Assembly (NCBI RefSeq): GCF_009914755.1
Contig: NC_060931.1
Strand: one strand, 5' to 3'
DNA length: 64,000 bases
DNA from: the human T2T-CHM13v2.0 reference genome, Homo sapiens
In this document: piece after piece, positions 39,781-55,208 of the stretch
Numbering within the stretch: the stretch's first letter is position 1
Layout: each line of letters starts with the position of its first letter
The notes under the pieces: generated by a model
Seen by the model: only the letters and a program-made list of their open reading frames with translations
Database searches by the model: none
Told to the model about the DNA's origin: nothing
Position numbers and translations under genes: made by a program

Positions 39781-40369
39781 CCTTTTGTTCCCAAAGACAA
39801 ACTCTATTAAAGATAGTTTTCTAAAACCATAATATCGGGCAGTTTGAAAGGACTTGAAAGCCTGGTTGATGAAAATATGGACTATAATCAGCATCTAGTT
39901 GAAACACGCATTGGATGTAAATTTTCCCCATGATGTTTCTATTCTTTTTGGAGTCACTTTATTTGTTTAAAGTTTGTCCTCACAATTTAAGTGTCTCTTT
40001 AACTCCCATAAATTGCTTTAACTTTTACTCTGTAGATTCCCCTACAGAGATTGTAAACACCAGTACATGTAATTATTTTATATTTCTTCAACTGCCATAT
40101 ATGACTCGGTTTCAGAACTATTTCCTATTGGGACGCTGTCCTGCTAATCTAGTCCAGTGTGTCAAAGTGCCTCCTGCCACGTGGCACACACACCTTCATG
40201 CAGCCTCCCTGATATGTCCTGGGAGGTCAGGAGAAAATCTCCTATGTGAACCCTCATTTTCTGTAATTTTGAAACATATTGGAACTGGAGACTCCCCAGC
40301 ACCTGGTAGGTCTTTGCAATCCTGTGTTGTATGGAAGCCAAAGATACCAATATCAACTCATAGGTTAAT

Positions 40370-40482
40370 ATAAATGGATAGATAAATAGAGATATAGTTA
40401 TGTATAAATAGGTATAGAAATAGTGAGATAGAGATGAGAGAAAGAAAAAGATAAAGAGAGATAGAGACAGAGACAGAGAGAG
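40370..40482. repeat. AG-rich low-complexity tract (taga/gaga)
   Basis: Read directly. Confidence 0.8.
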
Positions 40483-41029
40483 GCCCTTGAGCCATTTGGG
40501 ACAGTATTTCACACCAATTTGTCATTTTGGTTCTGCCTTTAGTCCCATATCCCTGATAGGAGAGCCTTCCAAGAAAGAGAAACTCCATTTCTGGTATCAA
40601 AGAAGGAATTGTAGTTCAATAATTAGGAAAACAACTTAGCAATTATAAGGACAATAAGAAAAAAAGGGCCTTAAGAAATGTATGTGTTTTACAACTTTTA
40701 CTGAATTCTGCTGTAGTATAAAAACACACCCGAACTGAAGGTCGCAGTCAAAGCAGCTGCTTTTAGAGAGTGTATGTTGTGAATGAAATTGCTCAGAGTA
40801 TTTCACAGAGTAATACTCATGAAGTCAGTCTGATGAAATTCCTGTTCAATCTTACTACTAAGAGGAGTCTTAGTTCTTCAATATTTGCCTATATTTTAAC
40901 TTATGGTCATCCTTAATTGATATACTAAATTTATTTCTTTATCTGTTGCTAGAAAGGTTAGGGACGACCTTGAGGCTCTGACGTCACAAATGTGTGAGGA
41001 GAGATTGCAGGCACGTTAGTCTAATTCAT

Positions 41030-41414
41030 GGCCCTGTCAATATCCTCATGCTTGTCTTCCTATTTTCATTTGGCTAACCCTTCAGTTAAGCTCAGTGACT
41101 GCATTTTGTTAACCATGTTGGAGCAGAGGATTTCTTGCTTCATCTAGTTCCTCTTTCCTGGTCAGGGTACCAGGGCTTCTCCTTCTGGTTTCTTAACTCC
41201 TAACCAATTGAACCTGAAGAGGACCACCCTTGGACAACTGCAGTGATTCAGCCACAGACACTCAGAATATCACTTCCTCCGAAATCCCCATCTACTTGAC
41301 TTTGTCCTGGTTTCTGCCTTGCTCCCTCTAGGCCTCCTGGAACACATCCTGAATAACTAGTGTGGACAATGCCCTTAACTCAAGCCATACTTCTGGAGAA
41401 CCTGAACTAAGACG
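41030..41414 (+). mobile_element. Old ERVL LTR, LTR16-like
   Basis: 3' end 'ctcaagccatacttctggagaacctgaactaagac' resembles the LTR16 terminus; 5' edge uncertain. Confidence 0.55.
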
Positions 41415-41626
41415 TTATTTACAATGATAAATAGGATACAATTTTACACATAGAATATAATTTCTATGTCTCATTTTTTAATAATTGGAAATGTCCACAA
41501 TGAATGGTTGGGATGGGAAGAAAAATGGTGGACTGGAAAGAGTGTAAGCAGGATGGAGGGAGGGTCACTTCTCTGTGAAGTCTTTCTTGAATAGTTGACA
41601 TTTGGAGACGTATTAATGTTTCATAT

Positions 41627-41660
41627 TACACACACACACACACACACACTCTCACACACA
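41627..41660. repeat. Imperfect (CA)n microsatellite
   Basis: Read directly. Confidence 0.85.
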
Positions 41661-41769
41661 ATCAACAGAGATGGGGAAAAATGCCAACTTAAAACAGAAA
41701 CAAATATACTTACTTTATTAGCAACAACTAATCCAAGTAACATTTGTACACAGTATTGGGACTCTATGT

Positions 41770-43858
<2,089 letters not shown>

Positions 43859-44200
43859 TAGTAACCTAGTATATGTCACTTACATTGCAAAGTTTTTCTC
43901 ACTTTGTTGTTTGACTTTTAATATTACAGTCTGCATTTTTATCCAGTGCAATCTTTCTTATGGAGTCTGGCTTAGCTATTATGATTTTAGAGTAATTTCC
44001 ACATTACTCAGAAACCCTCCTCTCACCCAAAATCAGATAAGTAATTACCTTCTTTTATATATACCATACTTCATCAAAATTAAAGTATTTTGATTATAAA
44101 ATACACAATTATTTTATGCACGCCTAAAAAATAATAATACTATTACATGCCATTCACTGAAAGATGAATCACTATTTCAATGATATTAAAATGTTGAAAT

Positions 44201-44490
44201 AGCCAGGCACAGTGGCTCATGCCTGTAATCCCAGCACTTTGGGAGGTCAAGGCAGATGGATCACTTGAGGCTAGGAGTTTGAGAGCAGCCTGGTCAACAT
44301 GGTGAAACCCTGTCTCTACTAAAAATACAAAAATTAGCCAGGCATGGTGGTGTGCACCTATAATCCTAGTTACTTGGGAGGCTGAGTCAGGAGAATCACT
44401 TGAACCCAGGAGGCGGAAGCTGCAGTGAGCTGAGATCATGCCACAGCACTCTAATCTGGGCGACAGAGTGAGACTCTGTCTCAAAAAAAA
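44201..44490 (+). mobile_element. Alu SINE (AluSz-like)
   Basis: Full dimer; flanks aaaatgttgaaat and aaaatgttaaaat. Confidence 0.96.
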
Positions 44491-45017
44491 AATGTTAAAA
44501 TACACAGATATTAGAGTTGATAAAATATGATAGCTTCCTAATTATCTTGTAAACATTTAACTGTATAATCCATCTAAAATTTGTTTTGCCATATGTTATT
44601 ACAGGTGAATCTAAGGCTCTTTATCATTCAACTGTATATTTTTTATTCATCTTCTATTACTTTTTCATTCCCTGAATCATCCTCTATCTTTTCATAGAGA
44701 AATGTAAACTATTAATTTTGATAATAAAGATTCAAGTGTTAATTTTATCTTTGCCAATTTGCATTATAATGTATGTTTCAATATCTATTTTCAGTTTTTC
44801 TGCTGTATTTATGATTATCTTCAATGTATCAGAAACACTATATGCTTGTTTTAATTTTAACTCTTTACTTTATGTTTTTCAGCAAATCCAAGTGATGCAA
44901 GTTCGATGTGGACTTCTGATAAACGTGAATACCAACCTGTCTGAGAGGAAAACCCTGGACAAGTCTTCCTTATTGTTTTAGTTCTATTGTGCCACATTCT
45001 TCCTCAGAGCAAGAATT

Positions 45018-45880
45018 TGTTAGATTGGCATCAAAGATAAACGAAGACTAACACAATTTAAAGTGGGAAGGACATATTTTAATCTGTAATAACTATTACA
45101 GTAGGAAAAAGCCCAGCATGAACTGAACTCAACTTTAATTTGTTCAGAGGTGATTGAATGCTTAAAGAGACAATGAGGGCATGGGGAGGGAGGCAAGGGG
45201 GGCCAGTAGAGCCAGCAAAGTGAAAATTACAAAAAGCAGGAAGGGTAGATTGTCCACATAAAAGCCATCTGGGCTTGCTAAATAGTCCTTGTCAAAGTTA
45301 GACTCCTGCCCTTCCATACACACTAGTGAACAAGGGCCCCATCTTTAGCTGTTGGCTGAAGCAAACAGTAACTGCTTTCTTTGGGCAGCCTCGAGTTTTC
45401 TCAGGCAGGCACCTTAGGGGGGACCGGGGTCATTCTAGGGATGCAACCTTGAGCTCACAGAAACTATATCAATGTTATTTCAAGTCTTTTTTTTTTTTTT
45501 TTCTGTGGCAGAGTCTCGATCTGAGGCCCAGACTGGAGTACAGTGGCACGATCTCGGCTCACTGCAACCTCCGCCTCCTGGGTTCAAGCGATTCTCCTGT
45601 ATCAGTTCTCAAATAGCTGGGATTACAGGCACCCGCTACCACGCCCTGCTAATTTTTTCTATTTTTAGCAGAGACAGGGTTTGCCGTGTTGGCCAGGCTA
45701 GTCTCCAACTCCTGACCTCAGCTGATTAGCCCGCTTCGGCCTCCCAAAGTGTTGGGATTACAGGCGCGAGCCACTGCACCTGGCCCTAGTTCAAGTCTTT
45801 TTAAGCCAAGGTCAAGGCCTACTTGGGGAGCAGTCTCTGACGATCCTAGCTAGAGTTTGTTCAAGGCAGATTATTTGTTG
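45018..45880 (-). mobile_element. ERV1 LTR, MER67 family, split by an Alu
   Basis: 'tgttggctgaagcaaacagtaa...ggcagcctcgagttttctcaggcaggcac...ctagggatgcaaccttgagct' and 'gctagagtttgttcaagg'. Confidence 0.78.
45487..45785 (-). mobile_element. Alu SINE (AluSx-like)
   Basis: Poly-T, full dimer, duplication ttcaagtcttt. Confidence 0.96.
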
Positions 45881-46504
45881 GTAGTCTGAGGCATGCCTGG
45901 CTTCTAGTCTGCTTTTTAGACAACCACCAGGTTAGTGCGATGGGATTTTGAGCCATCCTGGTAAATTCTTTGTTCAGTACCTCATTCTCTATACTTTCCA
46001 GCAATTTCCTAAAGAAGACTCACAATTTTTTAAAAACAAGCTAGCCAAAAAGATAATTCTGGTATATTAATATAACATCTCTGCCTCATAGTCATAATAT
46101 GTTGAAAGGGGAATGGGCAAGTTAAAGTCTAGGGAGCGCTTTAGTCTGCAGGGAAATAGTTTCTTGTTCCCAGGGCAGAGTTATTCACTCCTGGCTTTCT
46201 ACAGAAACAGAGACTATTTGGAAATAATAACATAATTAATAACGCCAGCAGAAGGTGCCTCTTACAATAAATAATGCTAATGATAAAGATTGAGTCATCA
46301 TCACATTGCATAAGAGATAAATTTATGTGGTTCCCACTTATCAATTTCAGTATTCTTAATGAATTAGTAGACAAGGTCGTCTGCTGATGAATGAAAGCCA
46401 AGTGTTGGGTACAAGGAGAATAATGAAGTTTTGAAATGGTTGTAAAAACCAAAATAAATTCTAGCAGGAATGGGTAAATGAACTGCAGCATAACAATGAG
46501 GTCA

Positions 46505-46560
46505 CAACATTCAATTAAGAACATATTCAACATTCAATTAACATTCAATTAAGAGCATAT
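46505..46560. repeat. Compound microduplication (aacattcaattaa x3)
   Basis: The 13-mer occurs at 46506, 46529 and 46540. Confidence 0.85.
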
Positions 46561-48624
46561 AGTGATACAAACCATATCTTTCAGGTTGATTTGATTCTAT
46601 ACTTTTCATACAAAAGACAGGCTTTGCTTTTCTTCTGTATCAGAAACTCATTCTACAATATTTGACAAATTGTCTTGAAGACTAAAAAATGACAGAAAAT
46701 TTACTTCAATATGTAAAAAAATGGTTAAGTAGTTCTTATTTTAAAAATCCATATATTGAGGCAAAATACTTGTTTTGTTATTTCTGTCTGTTTCTTCTGA
46801 ATCTGTTCCCTTGAACTTTATCACTGAAGATTTTTCTATCAGCCTTTTTCAATAAACAGATCCTGTTGACTCATGAACCTGTCTCATCACCTCCGTGGGG
46901 CGGGTAGAGCCAGCTAAAGTTCAGATATATGCTTTGTCCATGGAGGAACAAATATATTTTGTCTGTGCAGTGGCTCTTTCTCTTCTGAAAAGTATCTAAA
47001 CTCAGAGTTTATTGCCCTAAGTATCCAAACATGCTTATTATTCAGTTTCTCATCTTGTTCAATTTGTTTAATGGATAGAACATTCTTATTTGATACAAGA
47101 TGTTCATACTAAGATATACTCAAGATAATTTTAACATATAAATAGGAAAAGGTGATTTTTGTAATAGATTTTACAAATAGACAAAAAGGAGGAGGAATGA
47201 TTGTACTAGGCATAATTAGTGCCTGCAGCTTTTCTCCACTTCTCACAGCTTTAAGCCAAACATGTAAACTACAGCACCAGCTCAATCGTAAGGTGATTTT
47301 ATTTCTTAGAAGTCAAGTAAAAAAAATTACTGGCCAACATCTAAAAGAGCTTTTTTCTATTTTATAGTACATATGTGCAATAGCAAACAGAAGTCTTGCA
47401 GTAAAGTGAGTTTCCTAAGAAGTGAGAATGTAACATATAGAGGAGTCACAGTGCATAAAGCACAATAAGTATAAATCAGCCACAAAGCTCAAGGTCTGCA
47501 TAGAAATTGTTTATAGTAACCCTGCTATAAAGCCAACAAAAAAGAAACAGTTTTAATTTATAAGACATTTAAGTTAATGTTGTTATACAGGGTCATTTAA
47601 CTAAGAGTCACAGCTTCAAGGTATACTGTTAGTCTGTACTATGTATTTACAATTTACTTGCAAGAAATATAAAATGTCCTCTGTATCTGCAGGATCAAGA
47701 GGATATATAGCACTATGAGATACATGTCCTGAAAGTTGTAAAAGAAAGCTATCTTCTACCTGAAGTTGAGATTTAGAACATAGGCTACATTTACAGACAT
47801 TTTTACTTTTAGAATTTGGCTGAATATTCCAGAATTGATTGTACAGAAGTGAGGGAAACAAGACATTGAAATATTTCCCTGCAAAGAAAAACTGGAGAGC
47901 AGTGTACCTTAAACCTAAATAATAAAAGCTTCTACCCTTATGTCTACATGTAATACTTTAAACCAGACTTGACTTATTTCAACCATTCACTGCCTAAAGA
48001 AGAGATTTGGAAATGCTATTGTCCTCTTTGTTCTTCACTAACTAAAATAGAAGTTAAATTTATTTAATCAAGCATTGCAAGTCTATCATGAAGTACTCCT
48101 AACCTAGGCTGACAACCCATCATTTCAGCATTTTTTTGCTATTTACCTTCATAACCCACTCTTTAGCATAACCCAACCTTACTGCTTAACATCCTGTGTC
48201 TCCTTCCTGGTTTAGGTTCATGCCAGTTGGGTAAAACTCCTAAAAACTATGACATCCAACATGAGGGAGAAAAAAAGTCTCATATTTTCAAAATGACAAT
48301 ATTTACAAAGCCTCACATTTTCTTTCTGAAGTCAAATGGTCCAGATTTTTCAACTTTTTTGTTGTTACAGAAGATATTTGGGCTTAACAAAAAGGCCAAA
48401 GAGTTAAACATTTCAGAAGCTTTAGGCTGTACTTTGATATATTCTGCTTTTGACATTGTTTTAGACCTAAATTTAAATGCACGGGGATCTCTCTCTTCAT
48501 CCTTCTTATGCTCCCTGACACCTACACACCCCCCCACCATCCATCCACACCCACACAAACAGAAATATCCAATGTCTATCATTAGGCAGTTAGCTTTGTA
48601 AATTGTATACATTCTATTAAATGG

Positions 48625-48944
48625 CATGAGTGTTCCAATGAGCTGAGCCAGGGAAGTCTGGCTTTATGGACAGAAAAGGGCTAAGGAAAGCAGACACAGA
48701 GAACAAGAGGCGGACTGGTTGTTTCAAAATTATTTTCTTACAGGGTTAAATGGAAGGGACTTCCTTATTGTGCTGGCTCAGGTTGACTGGAATTTTGTTT
48801 TTGAGAAAACTGGCCTATTTCACAGTTTAGTTTGATTACATCGTGCATAGCACAAGTCCCTCCATTCTGGTTTGGTCTGGTCTGCTGGGGCCTAATGCTG
48901 GTGGCTGGTCCAAGCCAACAGCCTCCCATCAACTGTGTTTAACA
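48625..48944 (-). mobile_element. ERV1 LTR fragment, MER4 group (MER65/MER72/MER93-like)
   Basis: 'ctccattctggtttggtctggtctgctggggccta...gcctccca...tttaaca'; reverse complement starts tgttaaac. Confidence 0.75.
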
Positions 48945-51314
48945 TGAAGTGCCTTTTTACTTCAGTTGGTCTGAGTTGACTTTATGTCATTTGCAACTGG
49001 AAGAGTTGTTGCCTATGTCTGTGGTTTAATACCACATTGTTTTAAATATGCCCCATCAACATTTATATTTAATGTAAGATTAAATCTTTGATCTATATGC
49101 AATAATTATAAAATAATATATGAGGATAAATATGCTCCTATCATGTCATTTTATAATTCTTTTTTTAACCTTGCATGTAGCTTGCTTGTTAATGTACAAT
49201 TTTGTTAAAGTTTTGCCTGTATTCATTCTTTATCTCCTTTTTATAAAAACACTCACTTGGAAGGTTCATCCATCTCTCAAGCTGCTGAAATATTTCAAGT
49301 ACTTTTTTAGAAAGAATACGTGGGTATTATACTTATTTAGTCCTTGTTTGTCTGGGTCTCCTTGTTTCCACAGACAAATGATAACTTGTCTGAAAGCAGA
49401 ATATTTACCTTACAATATAATATACTTTGAAGCAGTGGCTATTAGGATTTGTGGAAGTTTGAAGTTAAACATTTTTTCTTTCATAGAAAACCATTTTTTA
49501 GAGCTCCCGTAATTTTTTTTTACTAAAAAAAGACTTAACAAGTCTTTCAACTATTAAATATATTGAATTTTGTATTATGAAAGTAACTAAGAGAAAATTT
49601 CAAACTTGTTTCAACAATGAATCCTATTAAATCTTTCCATGAAATAATAGTAATATTACCTTAGTTCTTCCACAGAATAGAAGAAAAGGGATCATCCCTT
49701 CATATTTTGTTTTTAGAGCCCAACGTAAGTAAGATTGCTATTAAAAACTAATGAGTAATATATCTGATTCTGGCCATAATGGAGTATCTGTCACCAGACT
49801 AACCATCCATCTGTCTTCAACACATATGCACCTGGGAAGATTATACACTGCAATTCTTTTCAGATATTGAGTAGTGTGATCCCTGACAAATGGGAAACAA
49901 GCAAGATATCTAGGTGGCTTTTGCCTGCAGGTGGACTGCAGGAAAAGAGTCAGTGCTAAGCAGAGTGAAACAATCCCATGGGGATGAGGAGGTGGAGCTG
50001 AGAGGCCTGCGAGGCTGAGGCAGCTGGTATTTGTGCGGATGAGCCATGAAGAAAGAGCTACCCAGCAAGAGAGTTCCAGGCTTTCCGTCACCCTAAAGTT
50101 TCTGGCTGTGTATTTGGTTGCACAGGAAAAAGAATGTGTTTTAATTTGGAAGAGTACAGCCACTGGGGATCCGTAAGATGGATGAAAATATTGAAGACAG
50201 GAAACTGTGGAGCAAGAGAGAAGCTTCAAATACCCAGAGCAGACACTGGACACAGGGAAGGCATCTGGGTATTAAACTGAGTAATTCCCTCTTTAAACCT
50301 CTGCTGCCAAAGCCTAAAAACAGTCTCAAAAAGGCTAGCAGAATTTAACTACCGTCTAAGGAAAAAAAGAAAAACAAAACAACCAATAGCTTTTAAAGGT
50401 ACATAACAAAAAACTCAATTCTTTAAAACATTGTACCAAAAATATGAAGCCAATACATTATATAGCCAGGAAAACAGCAATAGAAAGAGACCGAGAAATG
50501 ACAGAGCTATTGAAATTAGTACAGAATTATTTTTAAGTATATACTACATTCGTACCTAGGGAAATAAAGCATTATTTGGACATAATGAGTAAAAAGAGTA
50601 GGTTGTCAATAGAGAAAGTAAAACTACAAAAAACAACATTGAAACTGCAGAACTGAAAAATAGAATATGTGAAAAATTCATCCAGTGGGATTAACAACAT
50701 ATTGGAAACTATAGATAAGAAGATTAGTAAACATGACCATGTGGAAAAAACAGTGAAACAATGAACAAGCTAGTGGTGATCTTAGGGCAATATTAGTGCC
50801 AAAGATATGTACAATTTGATAGCCAGAAGGAGAGGAGAGAGGAAAAGAAAGGCTAGAGGGAAAAATATTAAAATAAAAAAGTTGAATTTTTTTTCCTCAC
50901 TGGAGAAAAATATTGCACAAGACTAAAAGGCTGAATAGTTCCCAGTCGGAATAAAGGCAACCAAAGCCATGCTTGGACTTTACTACAGTGAAACACAAAA
51001 CAATTACACACAGAGGAGCAACCATTAAAAAAAAAAGGTTCACTAATTTCACATTGAAAACAATGCAAGAGAGAAAACAGTGGAGGAACATCTTTAAAAT
51101 GAAGTAAGAAAACAAAACTCTATACAAGCAGAATTTCTCCATATACAGAGAATATCATCTCCTTCAAAAATAAAAATTAAATAGAGAAGTTTTAGATACA
51201 CAACAATTTATGCATTTAACCAGCGGATTTTTATTATAGAAAATTTTTAAAGTTTCTTCAGATTGAAGAAAAATAACAGAGGAAAATTTGGATGTACATA
51301 AGTGAAGGGAGAGC

Positions 51315-51364
51315 AGTGAATATTACAAACATGAGACTAAGTGAATATTGTAAACATGAGGCCA
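51315..51364. repeat. Diverged 25-bp tandem duplication
   Basis: agtgaatattacaaacatgagacta followed by agtgaatattgtaaacatgaggcca. Confidence 0.75.
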
Positions 51365-51602
51365 GTCTTATTTTCATATTTCTTAAATAGACTACAAGAA
51401 AACTAACCACTCAAAGACAATTTAAGAACCACACACTATGGAGTTTATAACATATGTAGAAGTAATATGTCTGATCCCAGAGCACAAAGACCTAGTGGTG
51501 GTAAATGAGCAGGTACTGCTGTAAGGGTCTTGCATTATTTGTGAAGCGCTTGATACTAATTTATGAAAAATTATGATAATACATAGGTACTAGAAATTAT
51601 TA

Positions 51603-51714
51603 GAGGTAAGAGGATCACTTGATCCCAGGAGGTTGAGGCTGCAGGGAGCTGTGAATGCACCACTGCACTCCAGCCTAGGTGACAGAGAGAGACCTTGTCT
51701 CAAGAAAAAAAAAA
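51603..51714 (+). mobile_element. Alu right monomer (5'-truncated AluJ or FRAM)
   Basis: 'gaggatcacttgatcccaggaggttgaggctgcag...gaccttgtctc' then A tail. Confidence 0.9.
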
Positions 51715-52607
51715 TCATATATAACCTCTAGAGAAAATAATCTGAAAAATATATACTGGATAAGATTAACAGTAATCTAGTAGAGATTGCCAGAGAAGGT
51801 TCAGAAAATAACAGACATCACAAAAGAAACTATAATAAAATGAAGCATAGGGAGTAATTAGATTAAGAAAAATGAGCAGAGTGTGAATTGCCTGTGGAAA
51901 ATATCAAGCTCTGAAACATGTGAAATCGAAGTCCAAGAAGAAAACAAAAGGAATATATAACAAATATTTGATAAAATAATGGGTACAATTTTCCAAACTA
52001 ATACAAATGATGAACTCAAAGATCCCCAAAATTTCAATAAACCCCAAACAGAATAAACATAAAGAGGACCACATGAAAGCATGTATTAATAATCACATCA
52101 CTGAAAATCAGAGATAAAGAGGAAAATCGTAACAACATCCAAAGAGAAAAAAGTCCTATCACATACACATAAGCAAAACTAGGAATGGCAATAGATTTCT
52201 CATCAAAAACTACAAAATAATAAGATAATAGAGAAATATCTTTAAAGTTCTGAAGAAAAGCCCTAGAATTATATACCCAGAAAAAATGTCTATAAAAGCA
52301 AAGGCAAAATAAAGACTTCTGATGAATGAAATTAAAGAAAACTAATTGTCAGGAAACTAGCACTAAGCACTATACACAATATCATATCAACCCTTTCAGG
52401 AAGAAAAAGAATGGCACTGGATGGGAACTTCAATCTACAAAAATAAATGAAGAGTACTTGAAATGGTGAATGTATTGATAAATATAAAATATTTTCACAT
52501 GTTTAAAACTCTTTTAAAGATAACTGACTACTTGAAGCAAAAATTACCACAATCTTTTGACTTGTTTATTACATGTACATACATAAGAAATACATGTAGA
52601 GATGTAC

Positions 52608-53107
52608 TGCCGAGACCAGCTCGGTCGGGGAGACCCTAACCCAGCTGTGCTGGAGGAATTAAAGACAGACACACAGAAATATAGAGGTGTGAAGTGGGAA
52701 ATCAGGGGTCTCACACCCTTCAGAACTGAGAGCCTCGAACAGAGATTTACCCATGTATTTATTGACAGCAAGCCAGTGATAAGCATTGTTTCTATAGATT
52801 ATAGATTAACTAAAAGTATTCCTTATGGGAAACAAAGGGTTGGGCCGAAATAAAGGGATGGCTCTGGCTAGTTATCTGCAGCAGGAGCAAGCCCTTAAGT
52901 CACAGATTACTCATGCTGTTGTTAGTGGTTTAAGAACACCTTTAAGGGTGTTGCACCCTGGGTGGGCCAGGTGTTCCTTGCCCTCGTTCTGGTAAACCCA
53001 GCGTGGGCATCATGGCCATCACAAACATGTCACAGTGCTGCACAGATTTTGTTTACGGCCAGTTTTGGGGCCAGTTTATGGCCAGATTTGGGGGTCTATT
53101 CCCAACG
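52608..53107 (-). mobile_element. MER9a solo LTR (HERV-K HML-3 / HERVK9)
   Basis: Close match to the reverse of recalled MER9, from 'tgccgagaccagctcggtcggggagaccctaaccc' to 'ggccagatttggggg...ttcccaac'; flanks tgtac and tgtat. Confidence 0.93.
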
Positions 53108-53261
53108 TGTATAGACATTCTTATGTGATAGGAGTAGTCCAAGGGATAAAGGGAGGGAGGTGAAAGTACACTGTGGTGGCTCTCACACTATTCTGAGGTG
53201 GTATAATATTATTCAATCTTTGATTATGATACATTAAAGACGGACGAGAATCCTAGAGCAG

Positions 53262-53338
53262 TCTCTTTCTCTATCCCTCTCTTTCTCTCTCTCTCTTTCT
53301 CACACACACAAACACACACACACACATACACACACACA
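53262..53338. repeat. Compound (CT)n(CA)n microsatellite
   Basis: Read directly. Confidence 0.9.
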
Positions 53339-54068
53339 AATGACATAAACAGGCACAAGTTTCACAAGACAAAGATGAGGTAAAGTTGAATCATTTTAGT
53401 ACATGTCAGTTTAAAGGGAGATATGTAAAGATAAAATAAGGAATAAGTAACATGAAGATAAATTTTAAACTCAGTCATATTGATGGATACGTTAAATATG
53501 GTTAGAATTTTCTAACCACTCAAATTAAATTACAGATCATCCAACTGGCTAAAACAATCAAGATTGAATTATATTTATTCCATCTACAAGAGTCATTTTC
53601 TAAATATAAAGATACAAATGGGTTAAACTGAAAAGGATGAAAAGAGATATCTTCTACAAAAACTGATCTTAAGAAAACAGGAACAGCTGTGTTCCATAAG
53701 GCAATGTAGACTTCAAGACAAGGGATAGTTGCAAGGACAAAGAATCACATTCCACAATGATAACAGGAGTCTAATGATCATAAATGTGTATATACCTAAA
53801 AACAAAACTTTAAAATGCGTGAATCAAAACCAAGAAAACAGAGAGATGTAGATTAATTTACAGTTATAGCTGGGAATTTCAGCATTCCTCTCATATTAAT
53901 TGATGGAACCAGGAGAAAAAACTTTAGGGTACCAAAAATTTAACAACTCTACCTTAATTGACTTTTATATATAATAATCTGCCCAACAGTGTTGGAATAC
54001 AAGTGCACTTTTCAAGTGAAAATAAAGCATTCATGGAATGTGCAGCTGGAATGTTCATAAGGGTAGAC

Positions 54069-54630
54069 TGTGGTGATTAATTTTATGTGTTGATTTGATT
54101 GGGTTTAGGGATGCCCCAACAGCTGATAAAATAATATTTCTTGCTGTGTCTGTAAGGATATTTTTGGAAGAGATTAGCATTTGAATCAGTAGACTGGGTA
54201 AAGAAGTTGGCTCTCACCAAGAAGGGCTGGCTTGATCCAGTCCCTTATGGGCCAGAACAGAACAAAAAGGTAGAGGACAACTGAATTGCTCCTTCTTCTT
54301 GACCTGGGGCATCCATCTTCTCCTGCCCTCAGACATCAGAGCTCCTGGTTTTCCCACCTTTTGGCTCTGGGACTTATACCAGTGGCTGTCAACCCCCTCA
54401 CATCTGCCCGCATTCCACCTCCACCTCCATTCTAAGGGTCTCAGGCTTTTGGCCTTTTGACACAGGCTGAGTTGCACCAATAGCTTTCCTGGCCCTCCTG
54501 CCTGCAGATGGCAGATTATGGGACTCTCGGCCTCCACAATCATGTGAGCTAATGTCCATAACAGATCTTTTCTTCTACATCATTAGATATCCTGTTGGTT
54601 CTGTTTCTCTGGAGAACACTTAATAATACA
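54069..54630 (+). mobile_element. ERVL solo LTR, MLT2B-like
   Basis: tgtggtgattaattttatgtg...ggttctgtttctctggagaac...taataca; perfect 5-bp duplication tagac. Confidence 0.92.
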
Positions 54631-54913
54631 TAGACCATATTCTCACCATGGAATAATTCTCAATAAATATGTGAGACTTAAAATCATATAAAGTATGTTT
54701 TTGAACTGCAGGAAAATACATAAGGAATCAATAACCGAAAGCTATTTGGGAAATCCCCTAAATATTAGGATATTTATAAGCACCGTTTAAAATAACCTAT
54801 GGGTTAAAAAATTATAAAAGTTACTTTAATATTTTAAATAAAGAAAAGAATAATATATTAAAATTTGTGAAATGCACTTAAAGTACTGCTTAGAATAGCA
54901 TTAAATTTTTATC

Positions 54914-55208
<295 letters not shown>

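Noticed and set aside
39930-40373. 147-aa ATG-initiated ORF
   Set aside because: No recognisable homology or exon structure; the length is compatible with chance in 64 kb across six frames.
49705-49730. Apparent 8-nt microexon (ttttag|agcccaac|gtaagt)
   Set aside because: Lies in a decayed L1 ORF2 fragment, does not preserve frame, and has no supporting gene context.
49741-50253. Longest ORF in the track (170 aa, minus strand)
   Set aside because: Antisense to an old L1 5' region, with no recognisable domain.
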